64,000 nucleotides of DNA from Eukaryota sp. GEM-RC1 (lineage: Eukaryota), in NCBI GenBank assembly GCA_040285855.1, contig JAUFOQ010000017.1:930001-994000 (forward strand). The letters are read 5' to 3'. Positions 11,378 to 24,484 of this stretch are shown here, one piece after another. The first letter of the stretch is position 1. Each line of letters opens with the position of its first letter. Made by a program: the position numbers and the translations under genes. Below the pieces are notes generated by a model. It saw only the letters and a program-made list of their open reading frames with translations. It did no database searches and was not told where the DNA came from.

Positions 11378-14300
11378 ATGGTCCAACAAAAGGCTTCACT
11401 CTTCAGCCGCGAAGCTCCATCTACACGCAAAAGAAAGAGTTCAAAGTCTGCTGCTCCTTCCAACAAGAAATCGAACACAACAACCTCTACTGATACCAAA
11501 TCTAAAAAGGAACGAACCCCCTCCAAAGCGTCTCTATACCCAGCAGGTACACAATCCTTCGGCATAGTCACCAAAGTTGGACCTACTTTTCTATTTGTGA
11601 CATTGCCTGGAGACGTCGTTGGCTACGTTAACATCTCCAATATATCTGACGAGTTTTCCGTACTTCTCAAGCAAGAGAAAGGTGCAGTTCCTCTTACCTC
11701 TTTCTTTTCCATCGGTGATGTTGTCTATGCAGTAGTCACCCAGCCCGGTAATCGTCCGACGCTATCCCTTGTCCCATCTACCGTCAACTTTAATGTCTCT
11801 CCCGATTCTCTCTCCCCAGCAACCATTCTTTCAGTTTCAATCCAAAGCGAAGAAGACCATGGTTTCTTATGTAATACTGGTATTGATCTTCCAGGCTTCC
11901 TCCCCTTTGAATCTCTCTCCACTTCTCAACGTGAAGCTTTAAAACTAGGCTCAGTTGCCATTGCCAAGTCTAAAACCTCATCTCCACGTAACGTTGTCCT
12001 CTCCTTATGCGACTCTTCAGAAACAGAAGTACTTAACGTCAACGTTGACGTCAGCAAACTCATTCATGACGAAGAGGTTAAATCAGCCCAAATGCAAGAA
12101 AAGAATGAGGAGAGAAGGAGGGAACGTGTGGAACAGAAGAAGTTGAAGACTACTAGTAATACTGATATCATAACCAAAACTGAATTAGTTCGATCTTTGG
12201 TTGTGAAGAATGTTTTGGATAATGGTTTAGTTCTCTCTTATAATTCTTGTACGGTCTTTTTGTCGAAATATCACTTGAGCGATCAAATTTCCTTTTGTGA
12301 TAATATTTTGACTTTTTTAAAACTTGTTTTTAGCCGTGTTGAAGGTGTTAAACACGCGTCACGTGATAAGCAATCAAGTATCACTGTGCTATCAAAAGAA
12401 TGCAGAAAGGACTCGATGTTCTTGGTATTTCTGTTGATAACTTCCTAATGAAAATCGATAAGGTGATTCTACTTCATTTCTCATCACCCAATCAATCATT
12501 TGTCACGATGAAGCCCTCAATCATCAATCAATTTGAATTGGGCAAGTATCCCAAGAGCCTGGCTGAATATTCTCCAAATCTTGAATTGTTTGGTTTTGTC
12601 AAGAAAGTTTATGCTGACAGGATTATCTTAGGATTTCCTTTTGACGTAAGTGGTATTTCTAAAGGCGTTGGTCTTGAGTTTTCAAGCGGAAAGTCCCTGA
12701 CCCCAGGTGACCGATTCAAACCCAATCAAACTGTCTATACACGTGTTGCTTCAGTCGGAAGTCAAGTAGTTTCCCTCTCATGTAAACCAATCACCGTCAC
12801 GTCACCATCAAGAGATTTCCTGGCAGTTTCCTCGTTCTTCCACTCTTTCGAACCAACACTTACTTTACCTCAACTTCCCACTATTGGATCATTAGTTGAA
12901 GTATTACCAGTACAACAATTAGAAGCTGGACTCGTATGCTCCTTAATCACTGGTGAAACTGATGGGAAAGTTGACGTGTCTGAGGACATCACCGTTGTTG
13001 TCCCTGAACACTTACTGAGCCCTTCCGAAACTTCTCTGGAGTCCTCTTTGTGGGTTCGAGTAGTAGCAACCAAGGCTAGAATAGGTCTCGTAGAAGTTAC
13101 TAACAAACCAGAGCTAATGGGACCTCCCCCTAAGAGTTCTGAGAAGAGAGGAAGGTTCAAGAAGCAGAAAGTTGTTGTTGAGGAAGGTGTTGACGTGACA
13201 GGGTCAATAATCCACGTCAGCAATGATTGTTTGACTGTAGCTGCCTCTGTAGACGTGATGAAACGTCCCTTGTTTGTACTTGTCCCTATTCCTTTTGTTG
13301 CACAGGGATTTACTGCTTTTGAAGATGATGCTACTGAGCTGTTACAAATGTTTCCGTTGAATTCAAAACAAGTCTCTTTAAATATTCAATATGTGGCTGA
13401 AAAAGATGGTTGTGTTGTTGGTTTACCTCCTCAAAACTTGGAGGAGCTTCTGAATGATACATCTAGTAACTTACTGGTGAATGATCTGTCAGTTGATGAT
13501 TATCCAGCTGAAGTCATCAAAGGTCTTGAGTCCATCAATCAAAGTGATGACGGTCATATTTCGTTATCTTTTGGTCAAAAGGTTTCTGCTGTTGTCGTTT
13601 CCAAGTCCAATCATCACTTTGTTCTGACCCCTTCTTTGGGAGTCATTGGAATTTTGAACCTTGTTGACGCTGCTCATTCAATCGAAGCAGTAAATGAGCT
13701 CTATAATGGAACTGAAGTTGGGGATGTTTTAAGTGTTTTTGTGCTTTCAATAACACCGTTAATGTTTACTGTTGTTGAAAACAACTTAGCTCCCGGGGCA
13801 GTTCTATTAGCAAGAATCAAATCATGTGATAAGAAAATGGGACGATTTTTGGAACTCCCATCTAATAAGATTGGTTATTGTCACGTTACTGATTTAGTCG
13901 ATGATTTAAAAGATCTAGATAAGTCAAATCTACCAGTTGATGGCTTTGTTAGGTGTAAAATTGTTGAGGCTGAAGGTGTTCATGCCGATTATTGTGTATC
14001 ACTTGCACCATCAGAAGTCAACGGAAGTCCTCGCTCTATTCTGAAGATTTCAGATGTTCGACAAGGTCAGAAATGCACTGGTATCGTAGTCGGACAAGCT
14101 CAATCAGGTCTATTTGTTTCATTGTCACGTCATATCACAGCCAGAGTCAGGGAAACTCAAATCAATAAGCGCCAAACGTCATCAATCGGGTCAATAATCA
14201 CTGTGTGGATCTTGCAAATTCTCGACAACAAAATCTCTCTAACAATGAAACCAGAATTCGCCATGGCTCCCCCGTTGAGCTCTACTGACGTGGGTTCTAT

Positions 14301-15723
14301 CGTTTCTGGATTGGTCAAGAATATTTCTGATAAAGGAGTTTTTGTTGCTGTTGGAGCTTCAAGTCTGGGTAGAGGAATTAGGAAGTTTCCAACCATTTTT
14401 ATACATCAATCAAAAGTGATTGAGAAGGGATCTACTGAAGATTGGTCAACGAAATTCTCTGTTGGAGATTCAGTAAAGGTCAAAATCAATCATTTTGATG
14501 AGTCTAACAGTCGTTCTTTTGGCTCATTAAGATCCTCTGATGTTGGTGAAATTGAAACTCCCATGGAAGAATCGGAAACTCTTTTCGAAAAGCCATCAAT
14601 TATGATTGATGACTCTGATGATGAATTGGATGAGGATCGAACTTCTGTCAATCACGATTCTGAAGTAGAATCGGACGAAGATGACGTTTTTGAAACATTG
14701 GAGTCAGAAGAGGAAGGTGTTGTGAAACTTGATGAAACTGATGATGAGGCAGTTGAGCTCAATCTTGATTCAGAAGAGGATAGTAGTTCTGAAGACGATG
14801 AAGAGGAGATTGTTGTCTCGAAGTCGGCAATGGCTGAAGAGGAAGTCAAAGAGATTGAAGATGATTTAGTTGAAGGAAACCAATTGAAAAACGTTGCTGA
14901 TTTTGAGCGGGAACTTATGGCTAACTCAGAATCTGTTGAACTTTGGATTCATTACGCTGCCACGTGTCTAGCTGCTGCTGATATCGAGAAGTCTCGCGAA
15001 GTCTTTTACAGAGCTGTGGATGTGCTTAAGACTAGCTCTGAATCTACATTATTAAATATTTGGACAGCATTCCTCAATTTTGAATACTCCTACGGTGACT
15101 CTCAATCATTCAGTTCAGTTTTTGACCGTATGAAGATGTCAGTTGACCAATCAAAGGCCAATCTTGTTTTCGCCAAACTTATTTTAAAAGATGAAGCGAA
15201 GTTCAATCCATCTAGTATCACTCGGACTCTTGAAATTATTGATGAAACTACTAAGAAATGTCATCGAATTCCTGAGTTTTGGAATTTGGTTTATTCATAT
15301 CTTTCGAAATTTGAATTAGCTTATCCCGATGTTTTGACTCCGGAATATGCCCCTGAATCTGTTTTAAAACGAGCTCTGCATTCTCTGCCAACACGTTTCC
15401 ATGTTGACGTTACTCGACAGTCAGCTCAAAATGATTTCAAAATTGGAAATTTCAAAAGAGCGAGAATATTGTTTGAAGAATTATTGTCGAAACATCCGAA
15501 ACGCTCTGATTTATGGTTCGTCTATATCGATATGGAAATTTCTTATGGAGAAAACGAGTTTGCCAGACAATTATACAATCGAGCTGCTACTGTTAACTTC
15601 TCTTCGAAACCAATGAGAACTTTGTTCAGGCGCTGGTCAGCTTTTGAAGCCAAGTTTGGTGATGACAATGGAGTTGAAAGGGTAAAGGCAGCAGCCAAAA
15701 ATTATTTGGAATCCAAAGTTTAG
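11378..15723 (+). CDS. RRP5: rRNA biogenesis protein RRP5 (S1 repeats plus HAT/TPR); frame break at 12394-12397
   Basis: S1-like repeats (EEDHGF motif), acidic linker, FERELMAN..LWIHY and HPKRSDLWFVYIDME. The two ORFs join if one A is added. Confidence 0.9.
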
Positions 15724-16079
15724 TATTTTTAGTATTTTTTAGAACTTCTTCTTTCATTTAGTTATATAACATTATTATTTATTGGTTTTATCTTTAGTTT
15801 GAAGATTAACGAGAGCTACTGTACATTGATTTAGGAATATTTTGACCTTAGAAGGGGAAATTGATCAATTAACAGTAAGATATGTTTCTCAGTTCAATCA
15901 ATACACAAGTAATAGCAGTAAATCAATGTTTGGCAGAGCAACGTCAACGTTTTGGAAAGCCACTTGCCCAAATCTTTAAGGTTTTGTAATACACATGCAC
16001 TTACTGTAAGAAGCTGAGTTATGATTGTCCAACTTTCCGATATTGAAAAGGAAACATTGAGTTCAATTTCCGCTCTTCA

Positions 16080-17522
16080 ATGACAGACCACCAAGACTTG
16101 ATTGCGGCAAAACAACTCAGTGCCACTGAGTTCTCACCAATTACTTCTACCACAGATACATCTGACATAATTGTTTGTAGCCGTGTTCGTCCAGTTCTAC
16201 CCTTTGATGGAGATGATTTTAATGTATTTTCCGCCCACCATCCCCAACTCACAGTACATGAGCCAACAAAAACTCTTTCACAAGAGCCTACCATCTCGGA
16301 TCAATCGTTTACCTTTGATTACTCCTTTGGACACTACGATGACAACAACACCGTTTATTCATGTGTAGGACAATCCCAGCTCGAGTTTGCCATGTCTGGA
16401 AACATTGCAGTTGTTCTAGCGTATGGTCAGACCGGTTCTGGTAAAACTTACACCGTTGCTTCCCTTCAAACAAACTGTATCTCTAGCATCTTCGCCCATC
16501 CGAAGATTTCTGAGCTAGAAGTCTCAGTATCTGTCTTTGAAATTCAAGGAACCAACGCCTATGATCTGATTTCTCCTTCAACAGTTGTTCACATCAATGA
16601 AGATGTCTTTGGCCATGTTAATCCACGCGATGCTACAGTTGTATTAGCTACTAGTGAAGCTCAACTTCAACAAGTTGTGGCTGATGCTTTCTCTCACCGC
16701 AAAACAGTGGGAACTCTGCGTAATGATACCTCTTCTCGATCTCATGCTGTAACACGCATCTCCTTCAAAAACCTCGTCGTCCCTTCTGCTGAGCCAGGAG
16801 TTCTATATTTAATTGATCTCGCTGGATCTGAACGTGCATCGGATCAAAGGGAACATACTCCAGAACTACGAAAGCAAGCCAAAGAGATCAACAAGAGTTT
16901 AATGGGTCTGAAGGAGTGCATTAGAAAGCGTACCTTGTCATTTGTTGATGCCAAGCACCACCACATTCCATACAGACAGTCCAAGATAACACTGTTGTTA
17001 AAAGATGTGTTTGAACTACGATCATTGAGACAATGTAGAACCTGCTTCTTTGTATGTGTCTCTCCACTCTCCCAAGACGTTTCTCATTCAATCAATTCTC
17101 TCCGTTACGCTGCTCCCATGCGAGTTGTATCTCAGGGAGCCAAGAGGAATGTCTATGTTGATCCTAAAGATCCTGCGTCATATGAACCTGAGAAATTGGC
17201 CCGCTGGGTTTCCAAGTTCAGTAACGAATTAGTTGATCCCGTGGTTTTTGAAGGAATGAGTGGAATGCAAGTTCTTCGTTTGACTGAAGCTGATTTCATT
17301 TCTAGATGTTTGACTGATAGGTTTTCTGAGAAGCAGGCCAAGTTGTTGTATACTAAGCTTTGGGGGAAGGCTATTGATTGTAGAACTAAGAGGAGGAGCG
17401 ATCTGTTGGATCCGAAGAAACATCGTGCTGATCGAGAGAATTTTGATGAGGAGTTGATTGCACGATCAAAGGCTGAAGAACGAACCGAGTCTGCAAGAGA
17501 ATTGCTCCAAAAATTGTACTAG
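16080..17522 (+). CDS. Kinesin motor protein, kinesin-13-like
   Basis: AYGQTGSGKT, NDTSSRSHA, DLAGSER, EINKSLMGLKECIR and HIPYRQSKIT motifs. Confidence 0.9.
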   Translation: MTDHQDLIAAKQLSATEFSPITSTTDTSDIIVCSRVRPVLPFDGDDFNVFSAHHPQLTVHEPTKTLSQEPTISDQSFTFDYSFGHYDDNNTVYSCVGQSQLEFAMSGNIAVVLAYGQTGSGKTYTVASLQTNCISSIFAHPKISELEVSVSVFEIQGTNAYDLISPSTVVHINEDVFGHVNPRDATVVLATSEAQLQQVVADAFSHRKTVGTLRNDTSSRSHAVTRISFKNLVVPSAEPGVLYLIDLAGSERASDQREHTPELRKQAKEINKSLMGLKECIRKRTLSFVDAKHHHIPYRQSKITLLLKDVFELRSLRQCRTCFFVCVSPLSQDVSHSINSLRYAAPMRVVSQGAKRNVYVDPKDPASYEPEKLARWVSKFSNELVDPVVFEGMSGMQVLRLTEADFISRCLTDRFSEKQAKLLYTKLWGKAIDCRTKRRSDLLDPKKHRADRENFDEELIARSKAEERTESARELLQKLY

Positions 17523-17551
17523 TATTTTAATTGATTTGTATTTTAATTTAT

Positions 17552-17775
17552 AAAAAGCGGATTTATGTGCGGAGAAAAACACACAACAAGACAACAACAA
17601 ATAAATAAAGACTATCAAAACAAGTTATCAAACGAACTACCTAATTCCGAAAAGTAGTTGCATCCAAACAACTTGGACAAAAAAACGGGGTTTATGATCA
17701 GTCAGTGAAATAAATGCATTTTCAGAAGTTAATAACTAACAGACACTAACTCAAGTATCTAAAAAATGATCCTGA
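17552..17775 (-). mobile_element. Two tandem 3'-end fragments of putative retroelements
   Basis: 17552-17680 matches 53262-53392; 17679-17772 matches 22787-22875. Confidence 0.65.
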
Positions 17776-18634
17776 ACAAAATGAAAATGGAATCAACACA
17801 TCTACACATACTAGTAGATCTCAAAATTAATTTATGTCGTACTGCATTTTGTTTACGTGTTTTTATCGTCTTCTACCGTTTTTGTTTGATGTTTAAAGCT
17901 GAGTAATTTCTGACATTGTATGATACTAAAAGGAACAAGCAATTGTTCGTTTTTGATTTTGGATGTCTCTAACGTCCTCATGAGAAACTAACTAATTCTA
18001 CACAATTGGATTCATGTCAAGTCTCAAATACACTGTGGCGTGCAGTAGGTACATTTTTTTAAATTTTCTGGAACTAGAAGTATCAATACGAAATACAATC
18101 TCCTTTCCGTTACGCCACCAATCATATTCTGCAGTGTGTATATGTCTACCAATAATCCAATAGGAAGCGTTTCTGTTCCCATTCAATCCATGTTTTCTAC
18201 TTTCAGTACAAACATACATGTATGTTCGAGGATCTCAAGCAGCGAAGTAAACACAGAAGAAAGATCAGGACGGCGTTTCGCATTGCAAGCGGATGAGAGA
18301 CAGAAGACATGAACATCCGTTCTCAGTAGGACCTTTCATGAAATCATTTTAAATCATTTTCTATTTTCAAAAACCAAAACAATCTAAAACATGTAAAACA
18401 TGTTGAGTACAAGTTATGCCTCTTTGCTGTTTCAATCTATGGCCGCTGAGGACAAATTACATTGAATTTTTTAAACGATTTCGGCAAAATCGTAAAAAAT
18501 AGGACGTGTAAACCATAGCTTGAAATTATATAATTTTTCCATAATAATGTGTGATAATAATAAAAATAATTTCTATAACAATAATCTGGTTTTCACCATA
18601 TTTGTCGAAATTACTACCTGCTATTGTCTCGTGT

Positions 18635-18954
18635 CTGTCAGGTCAAAGATCAATCAAGTCAAGGTCGACCATTCAGGTCAAAGGTCAACGAACATGAGCT
18701 CAAAGGTCAGGTCAAGGTCAAACATTCGGCAGTTTATGTGTGATTTTCTTGTTTTAAATGATCAAAATTAGATTATCATACGCATTTTACTCTTAGTATA
18801 CACTAATATTCAAGAAATTATTAGATTTGACTGTGGTTATGCGGATTTTCGATAGTTAAAGTATTTGATAAATTGGAGATTTCAGGTCAAAGGTCAGGTC
18901 AAGGTCATCAAATGAATTGACCTGACCTGTGACCTGTGACCTTTTAGCAACCCT
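18635..18954. mobile_element. hAT-like end with GGTCA/TGACC subterminal repeats
   Basis: Dense AGGTCA repeats, then TGACCT repeats, ending TTTTAGCAACCCT (hAT-like TIR). Confidence 0.5.
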
Positions 18955-19079
18955 TTTCTTGTTCAAAACTGTGTTCAGATCTCGTTGAAAGTCTTTAAGC
19001 TGAGTGGGGAGATCGTATCAGAATCCCACATAATTTGTCATCACGTCACAATTGTATACCAACCTCCTTCCAAAGGTTC

Positions 19080-20019
19080 TGTTGTATCAGAAGCTACAGT
19101 TCATTGCCATCATTGTGTCCACCAGTTTGTCACTGGAACTAATCGTTTGAATCAACATCTCGAAACGCACATAGAATATAGAAAATTACGTATGACGAAA
19201 AAGATTTTGATTTATGGGCTGTATCAAGTTCGAAATCAAAATGCACACGTAAAAAGTGTCAAAATGCGCAGAAATGTGCGCATTTGGCGCATTTTGACGC
19301 ATTTCTGGAAAAAGTGCGCATTTGATAGACTTGGCAATGTGAATGAAATTCCACATTTTCCATTTCCATTTCTATCTGGAAGTCGAAATAGACGGAATTT
19401 CTTGAGAATATGGAAATGGAAATGGAACTACATTGTATATAGTATTGAATGTAGAAGAAGAAGAATTCACACTTTGAGCCATTATACAAACGAAAAAGAA
19501 ACTCTAATAGAGAACTAGTTCATGCAGATGAATTGGACAAATTCTTATCCGAATGGACAGTCCCTTGGCAACTGTTCCTATTGTTTAAAAAAACAAGGAT
19601 AACAGGTCTGCGTTTCCAGAGTTATACGCTCTTGCAATGAGTTTTTGTCTGCACCAGCAAAATCAGTTCCCCGTGAATCATTTTTTTCTGTAACTGGTTC
19701 AATTCAAACTGCAAGACATGTAAGAATGTCTGCGAGATTACTTGAGAACTTAGCAGAATTAAAGGTATGGTTGAAGAATGACCAGATCCAAATCATTGAA
19801 TCTCTTAAGTAGTGTGTAATTCTTTTGAAGAATTTTCACCAAAGCTAAATGAAGAACGTCTTTAATTTACAATTACAAATAAAGAATATCATCAATTTTA
19901 ACAAAGGACCTACCAATATACAATTCAACGACGGTTTAAAAACGAATAAAAATACCATATGTGGAAATGGATATGGAAGTGGTTTCACCAGACAACACTG
20001 CAAAATTTTCTTCACCCTA
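19080..20019 (+). mobile_element. hAT transposase relic(s)
   Basis: BED-finger-like VHCHHC..GTNRLNQHLETH (~19100-19170). hAT dimerisation domain AFPELYALAM/LSAPAKSVPRESFFSVTG..RMSARLLENL (~19600-19810). Terminus TTCTTCACCCTA. Confidence 0.75.
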
Positions 20020-20049
20020 ACTAATCAGACATTCTTGGGCTGTTAGCTT

Positions 20050-20962
20050 ATGTCAGAACCCCATTTCCCTCTTCTTGATCATGTTTCTTCTACCACACGC
20101 TGGCTTGACGTTAAACGCCGTATCTTACAAGTTAATGAAGAACTAGAAAACAAGCGAATAGAAGTCTCTTCTAAAGAAACTGAATTCAAGAAACTATATC
20201 ACGATATCGATAAAAAACATGAACAGCTTCAAAAGGATTTCCAGGACGTTGACAATATCATCCAACAGACCTTCAAACGTCGTACCCGTGCAGAACTTAT
20301 AATCAAATCTATCCACCAAGACATATCTAACATTGAGGCAGACACAACATTTCTTGCAAAAACTCTGAAAGATCTTGAAGATGAAAAGTCTGTTCTCCAA
20401 GGCAAAGTCAACCATAGTTTGTACTGACTTTCTTTTCACCCCAGATCACAAATACAAGGATTACTTACAGTCTGTTGCTGATAGTGCTGATGAATATGGT
20501 TCTGTTGATGTTATTCGTAGACGATATGCCACTCTCAAGTTATCTCATGATACTCTGCTGGAACGCTCTAGGCATTGTGATGATGAGATGGAAAGAGTTC
20601 AGTCTGAACTGACGATGTTAACAGAAGAGCATGATGGAACTCTTTTACAACAAACAAATCACATCAATAAGCTTCAGAATCTGCTAGATCAGTTTGAATC
20701 TAGTATTCATGGGACACTAACTGCTTTAGAAACAGGAAAGTCTAACGTGGTCAGGTCAAAAACAAGGCGAGCAGAGCTGGAATCTGCAGTATTGGCCCTT
20801 GATCTACGTGTTTCAGATTCTTTTCATCACTATTTTAATGAATCATTATATTCGAAAATTGGAGATGATTGTCGCTGTGATTTTCTGAAGAAATTGTCTG
20901 TTGTGGCTACGATTTTAACAGATCTATCTCTTGTTTTAAAGAAAGTTAAAGAAAATTCTTGA
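20050..20962 (+). CDS. CCDC42/CFAP73-like (DUF4200) coiled-coil protein; intron 20417-20444
   Basis: A 28-nt GT..AG intron joins both ORFs in frame (HNHKYKDYLQSV..EYGSVDVIRRRYATL). Confidence 0.7.
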
Positions 20963-21902
20963 TTCGTTTGGTTTTTTCAATAAGAAAAGCTTTTTTAACC
21001 ACAGGGAAGTTTGTCAAGAATTACAAATTTTGTTTCGGACTGTAATATAATCATTCTGCAGTCAATCTTCTGAAATTGATCTGCTTGATGTGTACTATAA
21101 TATTCCCTTGAGTGGGATCAGATATAAAACACTATATTTACTGTTAAAGTCTGCTTTTATTGACAACATCTTGTAAGCTCTGCCCTTTATTGAGAAACAA
21201 TGGCACTTGTGGTTTTATGAGTGGTTCCACAAAGTAAATACATAACACAATGCTGGCAAACATTTCATTACAACTATAAATGCAAATGTACTTACTACCA
21301 GGGATATGGAATATTTGATTGCTAATACAATATAGTCAATCAATACCAATATAGATTGATTGGTCGGCTTTTTTCCTATACCAACATATTGTACTGACAT
21401 GTTTGTTTACTAACATTGACTCTTTCTGACGTACCGTTTTGTATGCTTTGTATTGATTTTTTTACATGATCAAAATTCACAAACAAATGATTTTTCAAGT
21501 TGGAAAACTGTTTGAGTTTTCCCTGTTCCAATTGATCCCCAAAAATTTAAGTCAATTATCACTAAGTTGAAATACTATGGATCAGGAATATTGTGTATAA
21601 CGTTTCATTGATTATATTTTGATTGTTTGTTTAGTCCCTCTGTTCTATAACCTATTGCTGAAAGACACCAAATTTCAGATTAGCATTTCCAATTAACTGT
21701 GTTAAAGATGAACACACATTGTTAGTGAGAATGGGGAATAGGTATTCTGAAGACCGTCTAGAAATCAAAACTAATTATAACTAATAGTGAGTGATGATGT
21801 TGAACTGTAATTCTCCAAAAGATCAAAATCAAATTGAGATCATCTTTCAAATTTGTATCTTCACTACAACATCAGTCTTTTGATTTTGAGCACCATCAAA
21901 AC

Positions 21903-22701
21903 TAGTGTTACGAGAAACGCAACAAAATTTGTCTGGAAACGTTTCCGAAACGCGTTTTTATGTGTTCAATTCTCATTTCTTCCTAATCCAATTTCCCTCT
22001 TCCAATATTTCTAAAATATCAACACTCTCACTATTTTGTTCTGTAGTTTGTCTCAACGACAATGATGAAGGTGAAGTCGTTTAGATTGCAGACAGCGACG
22101 ACTCTTCGTCACTTTTCTCTCCCAGTGGCTGAAAAAAAGACTCTACTGATTACCTTGAGAGCATGGCCTCTTCAAACTGGATGTTTCCTTGTATTAGATG
22201 GATGGAATGATCCACATATGATCTTTAACAATGTTACACCTGATGGTGCAAGGTTATACGGTTGTACTACAACTTTTGCAATTTTTAAAGATACAATGTG
22301 GTCATGTAATTTTTATAGAAGTTAATAATGTTATTGAATAAAGCAATCCAGCGTACGTCACGTTAAAAATGATGGTCAAAGTCGGTAGACAACTGAAAGG
22401 AAGTTTCTAGGATTTATCATTAGTCATAGAAGTTGAAGAAGACGAATAAGTTTCGGAAGATTAAGTTCAACGACAGGATGAAACTGCCAATATCCTTCTT
22501 GCTTGAAATTGATTTTTAGGGTATTATCATCAGTGCGCACTCAAATTGTATCACAATCTGTAGTAGTTGATGAGTTTCTTTGGTACAAAAACAAGTTAAA
22601 ACCAGACCCGAAATTTACGTTTCCGTACCGTTTCCATACTGATAAGTTTATTGGAAACGTTTCGGAAACGCTGAAACGTAGAAACGTTTCTCGTAACACT
22701 A
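21903..22701. mobile_element. Non-autonomous hAT element
   Basis: 17-bp perfect TIR TAGTGTTACGAGAAACG; perfect 8-bp TSD ATCAAAAC; GAAAC/GTTTC repeats; internal LVLDGW transposase-like fragment. Confidence 0.9.
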
Positions 22702-23486
22702 ATCAAAACTATCTCTGTATCACACTGCAGTCTAGAAGATGAAAATGATTAAAAGTATCTTTAGTTAGTGTGTATTTAAATGAATTCGGGGTTTATGATC
22801 AGTCAGTGAAATAAAATGCATTTGCAGAAGTTAATAACTAACAGACACTAACTAAAGTATCTAAACTATGATCCATACTATGTGTATTGACAGAGTTTGA
22901 TAAACTGATATTGTGTTATTGGCCAGTGTATTGGAAGCAATAACGGTATTGATCGGTCAATATTACAACACCAATATATCGACAATCCAGTATTCTGCTT
23001 ACTGCACATTATTGTTTATTGTAGTGATATTTGTAATCTTGAATTGTACGCTGTAAAGCAACCATCACTATGAGTGATATTATACATGAAAATGACTAAA
23101 TCCACAACTCACTTCTTACACAGAACTCTAACACGACAAAGTCTACCATCACAACGGCTCATCCCACAACATCCCAATCGAATAACTAATTTTCACCAGT
23201 TCTCTGTATTTTTAGAGAGGCACTTCTGGACACTCTGGGCATTTCAAAGGGGGTTCGTGGCTAGTAAACAATTGACAAAGCAGCACAAGCTACACGTAGT
23301 TTTTGGAGGTCTTGTCTCAGGTTATAAAAGGTAGTTTTACCAGAATATAACAACTCTTACTTGCTCAGAAGATGCAGAATCTCCTCAAAGCATGAGTTGT
23401 CCGAAACAGAGATATACAAATAACTGTTTATAAGGAAGTATATGAGTTCCGTAGGCTGTCGGAACCATTGGTGATGTGTATCAAAT

Positions 23487-23914
23487 TATGTTCGGAGTCA
23501 CCTCAACACGTGTTGAATGGTGTTGGTCAGAATTTCAACACGTGTTGGATATGTCATTCTTCTATGTCACTTCAATGAAATTGGCTAAATTTCTACTGTT
23601 CTTGATAAAACTATATTGATTAAAGGTAGAAAATTCAAGTTTACTCCAAAGTTTACTTAAAAGTATGGATTATTGATGAGCTTTTCATGTTATCAGTTCT
23701 GGAATCGTTTAAAATCAGTTCTAATTTATCAACTTGGTTCGGTGTAACATGAGTGAAAAATAGATGTGTTTTTCTGTTGGTTGATCATAAAGTGAGTTAT
23801 TCTGTTCTTCTGATCAGAATTTATTCAACACGTGTTGGCGCCAACACTCAACACCGTGTTGCCAACACGCAACACGTGTTGAATATTTTCCAACACCGTG
23901 TTGAACCGAACATA
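23487..23914. mobile_element. MITE-like element with CAACACGTGTTG palindromes
   Basis: TIR TATGTTCGG/CCGAACATA; no TSD recognisable. Confidence 0.55.
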
Positions 23915-24484
23915 GGTAATAATTGAAGATCTGTAACAAATTATGGACTTAATCATTCTCATTATACATTTATAGAAAAGTTGTATTTAATGAAGGCTCA
24001 CACAAAGTCTGTACTTCATGATATGTACAGTACATCAACAAACAAAATAGGTTCAAAACTACTGTCAAGATCTGTGTGCCGCTAAAATTTGAAACAATCT
24101 CTTATTTAACTAAAACTCAAAGAAAACTTAGTCAAATGGGCTTTGCACTCTTAGATCGTGTATAAAAAATAAGATAAAAGGCTAGAAGCTTGTTTAATAA
24201 TGAATAGGTCTGTATTCTAGGTATTTTGCTACATACTGAGTGCTTTACGATCGTGATTTTTAAACTAACCCGTTCCTGTTGAAGACTGCGATGTAGTTAT
24301 TCGAAAATTTGGAACTGGGGACTGAAATATGTTTTCTTGACTCATAAATAATGAAGGAGTGAAGATAACAGAATACTTAACAAGAACAAGCGTGCTTGTA
24401 CCAAAACAGGGCCGCTAACGGTTTCTTGAAACGTCATCATTTCTGCATTGTGACACTTCATTATGAACCCCATGTTTCTCTCAC

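Noticed and set aside
6487..12400. Euplotes-type programmed frameshift
   Set aside because: That is a +1 shift at AAA-stop; these sites need -1 and have no adjacent stop.
18240..18350. Structured ncRNA (RNase P/MRP or hammerhead-like)
   Set aside because: Only one short stem (CGGATG/CATCCG) and incomplete core motifs; the minus strand reads like a decayed signal-peptide ORF.
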